24,000 nt of DNA from assembly GCA_015661855.1 (NCBI GenBank), contig DQVH01000134.1, positions 9,028 through 33,027 on the forward strand, in the 5' to 3' direction. Source of the stretch: Desulfurococcales archaeon (GTDB lineage: Archaea; Thermoproteota; Thermoprotei_A; CAZTBM01; SZUA-1508). Below the pieces are notes generated by a model. It saw only the letters and a list, made by a program, of their open reading frames with translations, did not search any database and was not told where the DNA came from. Numbering within the stretch: position 1 is the first letter of the stretch; every line of letters begins with the position of its first letter. The position numbers and the translations under genes were made by a program. Positions 23,191 to 24,000 of this stretch are shown in pieces.

Positions 23191-23559
23191 ATGTTTAGAC
23201 GTTTTAGCCCTAGAGATTTAAGGAGGCTTATGAAGCAGTTAGGTATGAAAGTTGAAGAGCTTAAAGGTGTAAAAGGTGTTACTATAGAACTTGAGGATAG
23301 AATACTTGTCGTGGAGAATCCTCAAGTAATTAAAATGTCTATACATGACCAGACAGTTCTACAGATTACTGGGATTGTACGAGAGGAAGTGAAAGCTGAA
23401 ACTTCAGAAGAGATAACTATAAGTGATGAAGACGTTCAGTTAGTAGCATCACAAGCAGGAGTATCCCTAGAAGAGGCGAAAAAGGCTTTACTAGAGACTA
23501 AAGGGGATTTAGCTCAAGCTATAATGTTACTAGAATCACGTAAAAGAGCTGAAAGTTAA
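23191..23559 (+). CDS. nac: Nascent polypeptide-associated complex protein (NAC alpha homologue)
   Basis: ORF track. It shows the NAC domain (PRDLRRLMKQLGMKVEELKGVKGVTIELEDRILVVENPQVIKM...LQITG) plus a C-terminal UBA-like segment (EDVQLVASQAGVSLEEAKKALLETKGDLAQAIMLL). Confidence 0.9.
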   Translation: MFRRFSPRDLRRLMKQLGMKVEELKGVKGVTIELEDRILVVENPQVIKMSIHDQTVLQITGIVREEVKAETSEEITISDEDVQLVASQAGVSLEEAKKALLETKGDLAQAIMLLESRKRAES

Positions 23560-23987
23560 TCTATACTCCTTAACCTCCTAATAAGAGTATTAATATCATC
23601 TATTAGCGATAAAACTAATGGTAAACGCTCACTCTCTGCTAACTTTATAGCTAAGCTATCTACTTGATTACAACTTTTAGGTCCATGAATTATTACTACA
23701 GCGGGTTTTATTGGTGAAACCTTAACTGCAACCATAGGTGATCTACCAGTTGTAACTTTAGTGAATATTAATGCTCTTTCAGATGTCTGCCCCATCATGA
23801 CGTAGAAGTCGTTTCCCGAAAGGTGGAGTATAGCCTTTATACTATCGAGAACGGTATAGCCGTAGACTAGTTTTCCAAAATCACTTGAGGTAAGAAGTTC
23901 CCCATCAATTAATGGTAGTAGTTCACTTAATGGTATTGGTCTCTGATACTCATATATATCAATGATTATGTCTACATACATTTTCAT
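23556..23987 (-). CDS. Hypothetical protein, possibly a DRTGG-like domain
   Basis: ORF track. FTKVTTGRSP...AVVIIHG...AESERLPLVLSLIDDINTLIRRL loosely resembles the DRTGG-domain pattern (..GDR...lilTGG...A.e.giPvl....dtf.ta..l). This is weak by-eye similarity only. Confidence 0.5.
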   Translation of the reverse strand: MKMYVDIIIDIYEYQRPIPLSELLPLIDGELLTSSDFGKLVYGYTVLDSIKAILHLSGNDFYVMMGQTSERALIFTKVTTGRSPMVAVKVSPIKPAVVIIHGPKSCNQVDSLAIKLAESERLPLVLSLIDDINTLIRRLRSID

Positions 23988-24000
23988 AGACTTAGTTAAA

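Noticed and set aside
1-24000. CRISPR arrays, IS elements, rRNA genes, inteins or frameshifted pseudogenes
   Set aside because: No regularly spaced direct repeats and no transposase-like ORFs were seen. All recognised genes have family-typical lengths with intact motifs, so there is no evidence of disruption.

Overview
AT-rich, tightly packed chromosomal segment that looks like a hyperthermophilic crenarchaeote, probably Sulfolobales-like. Support for that: a Topo VI B/A pair whose B-subunit N-terminus resembles what I recall of Sulfolobus Top6B, ribosomal protein L38e, NAC, GC-rich tRNAs in an AT-rich background, and TATA-like boxes close to gene starts. I support 25 protein-coding genes, mostly housekeeping: a partial sugar-phosphate nucleotidyltransferase, an ASCH-HTH plus cupin pair, TatD, a phosphohexomutase, a cyclic amidohydrolase, an EamA transporter, a UPF0104 membrane protein, top6B-top6A, deoxyhypusine synthase, thioredoxin reductase, an HD hydrolase, spermidine synthase, L38e, a beta-CASP RNase and NAC. 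There are two intron-less tRNAs (Val-GAC, Asn-GUU), both with encoded CCA. Four things are not explained by the ORF track. (i) Two box C/D sRNA genes (6277-6327 minus, fully canonical; 7920-7982 plus, with degenerate internal boxes) bracket the amidohydrolase gene, and three of their four guides appear to converge on one short conserved stretch of 23S rRNA domain V; this rests on my memory of the rRNA sequence. (ii) A third, atypical K-turn / C/D-like structured RNA candidate lies at 425-509. (iii) A four-gene, operon-like cluster of uncharacterised proteins spans 1768-3821 and includes a 54-aa zinc-ribbon ORF missing from the track. (iv) A minimal pilin-ATPase-platform type IV pilus-like locus spans 14084-17852. 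I saw no CRISPR array, transposase, integrase or rRNA gene. All functional calls come from motif recognition by eye; no searches were run.
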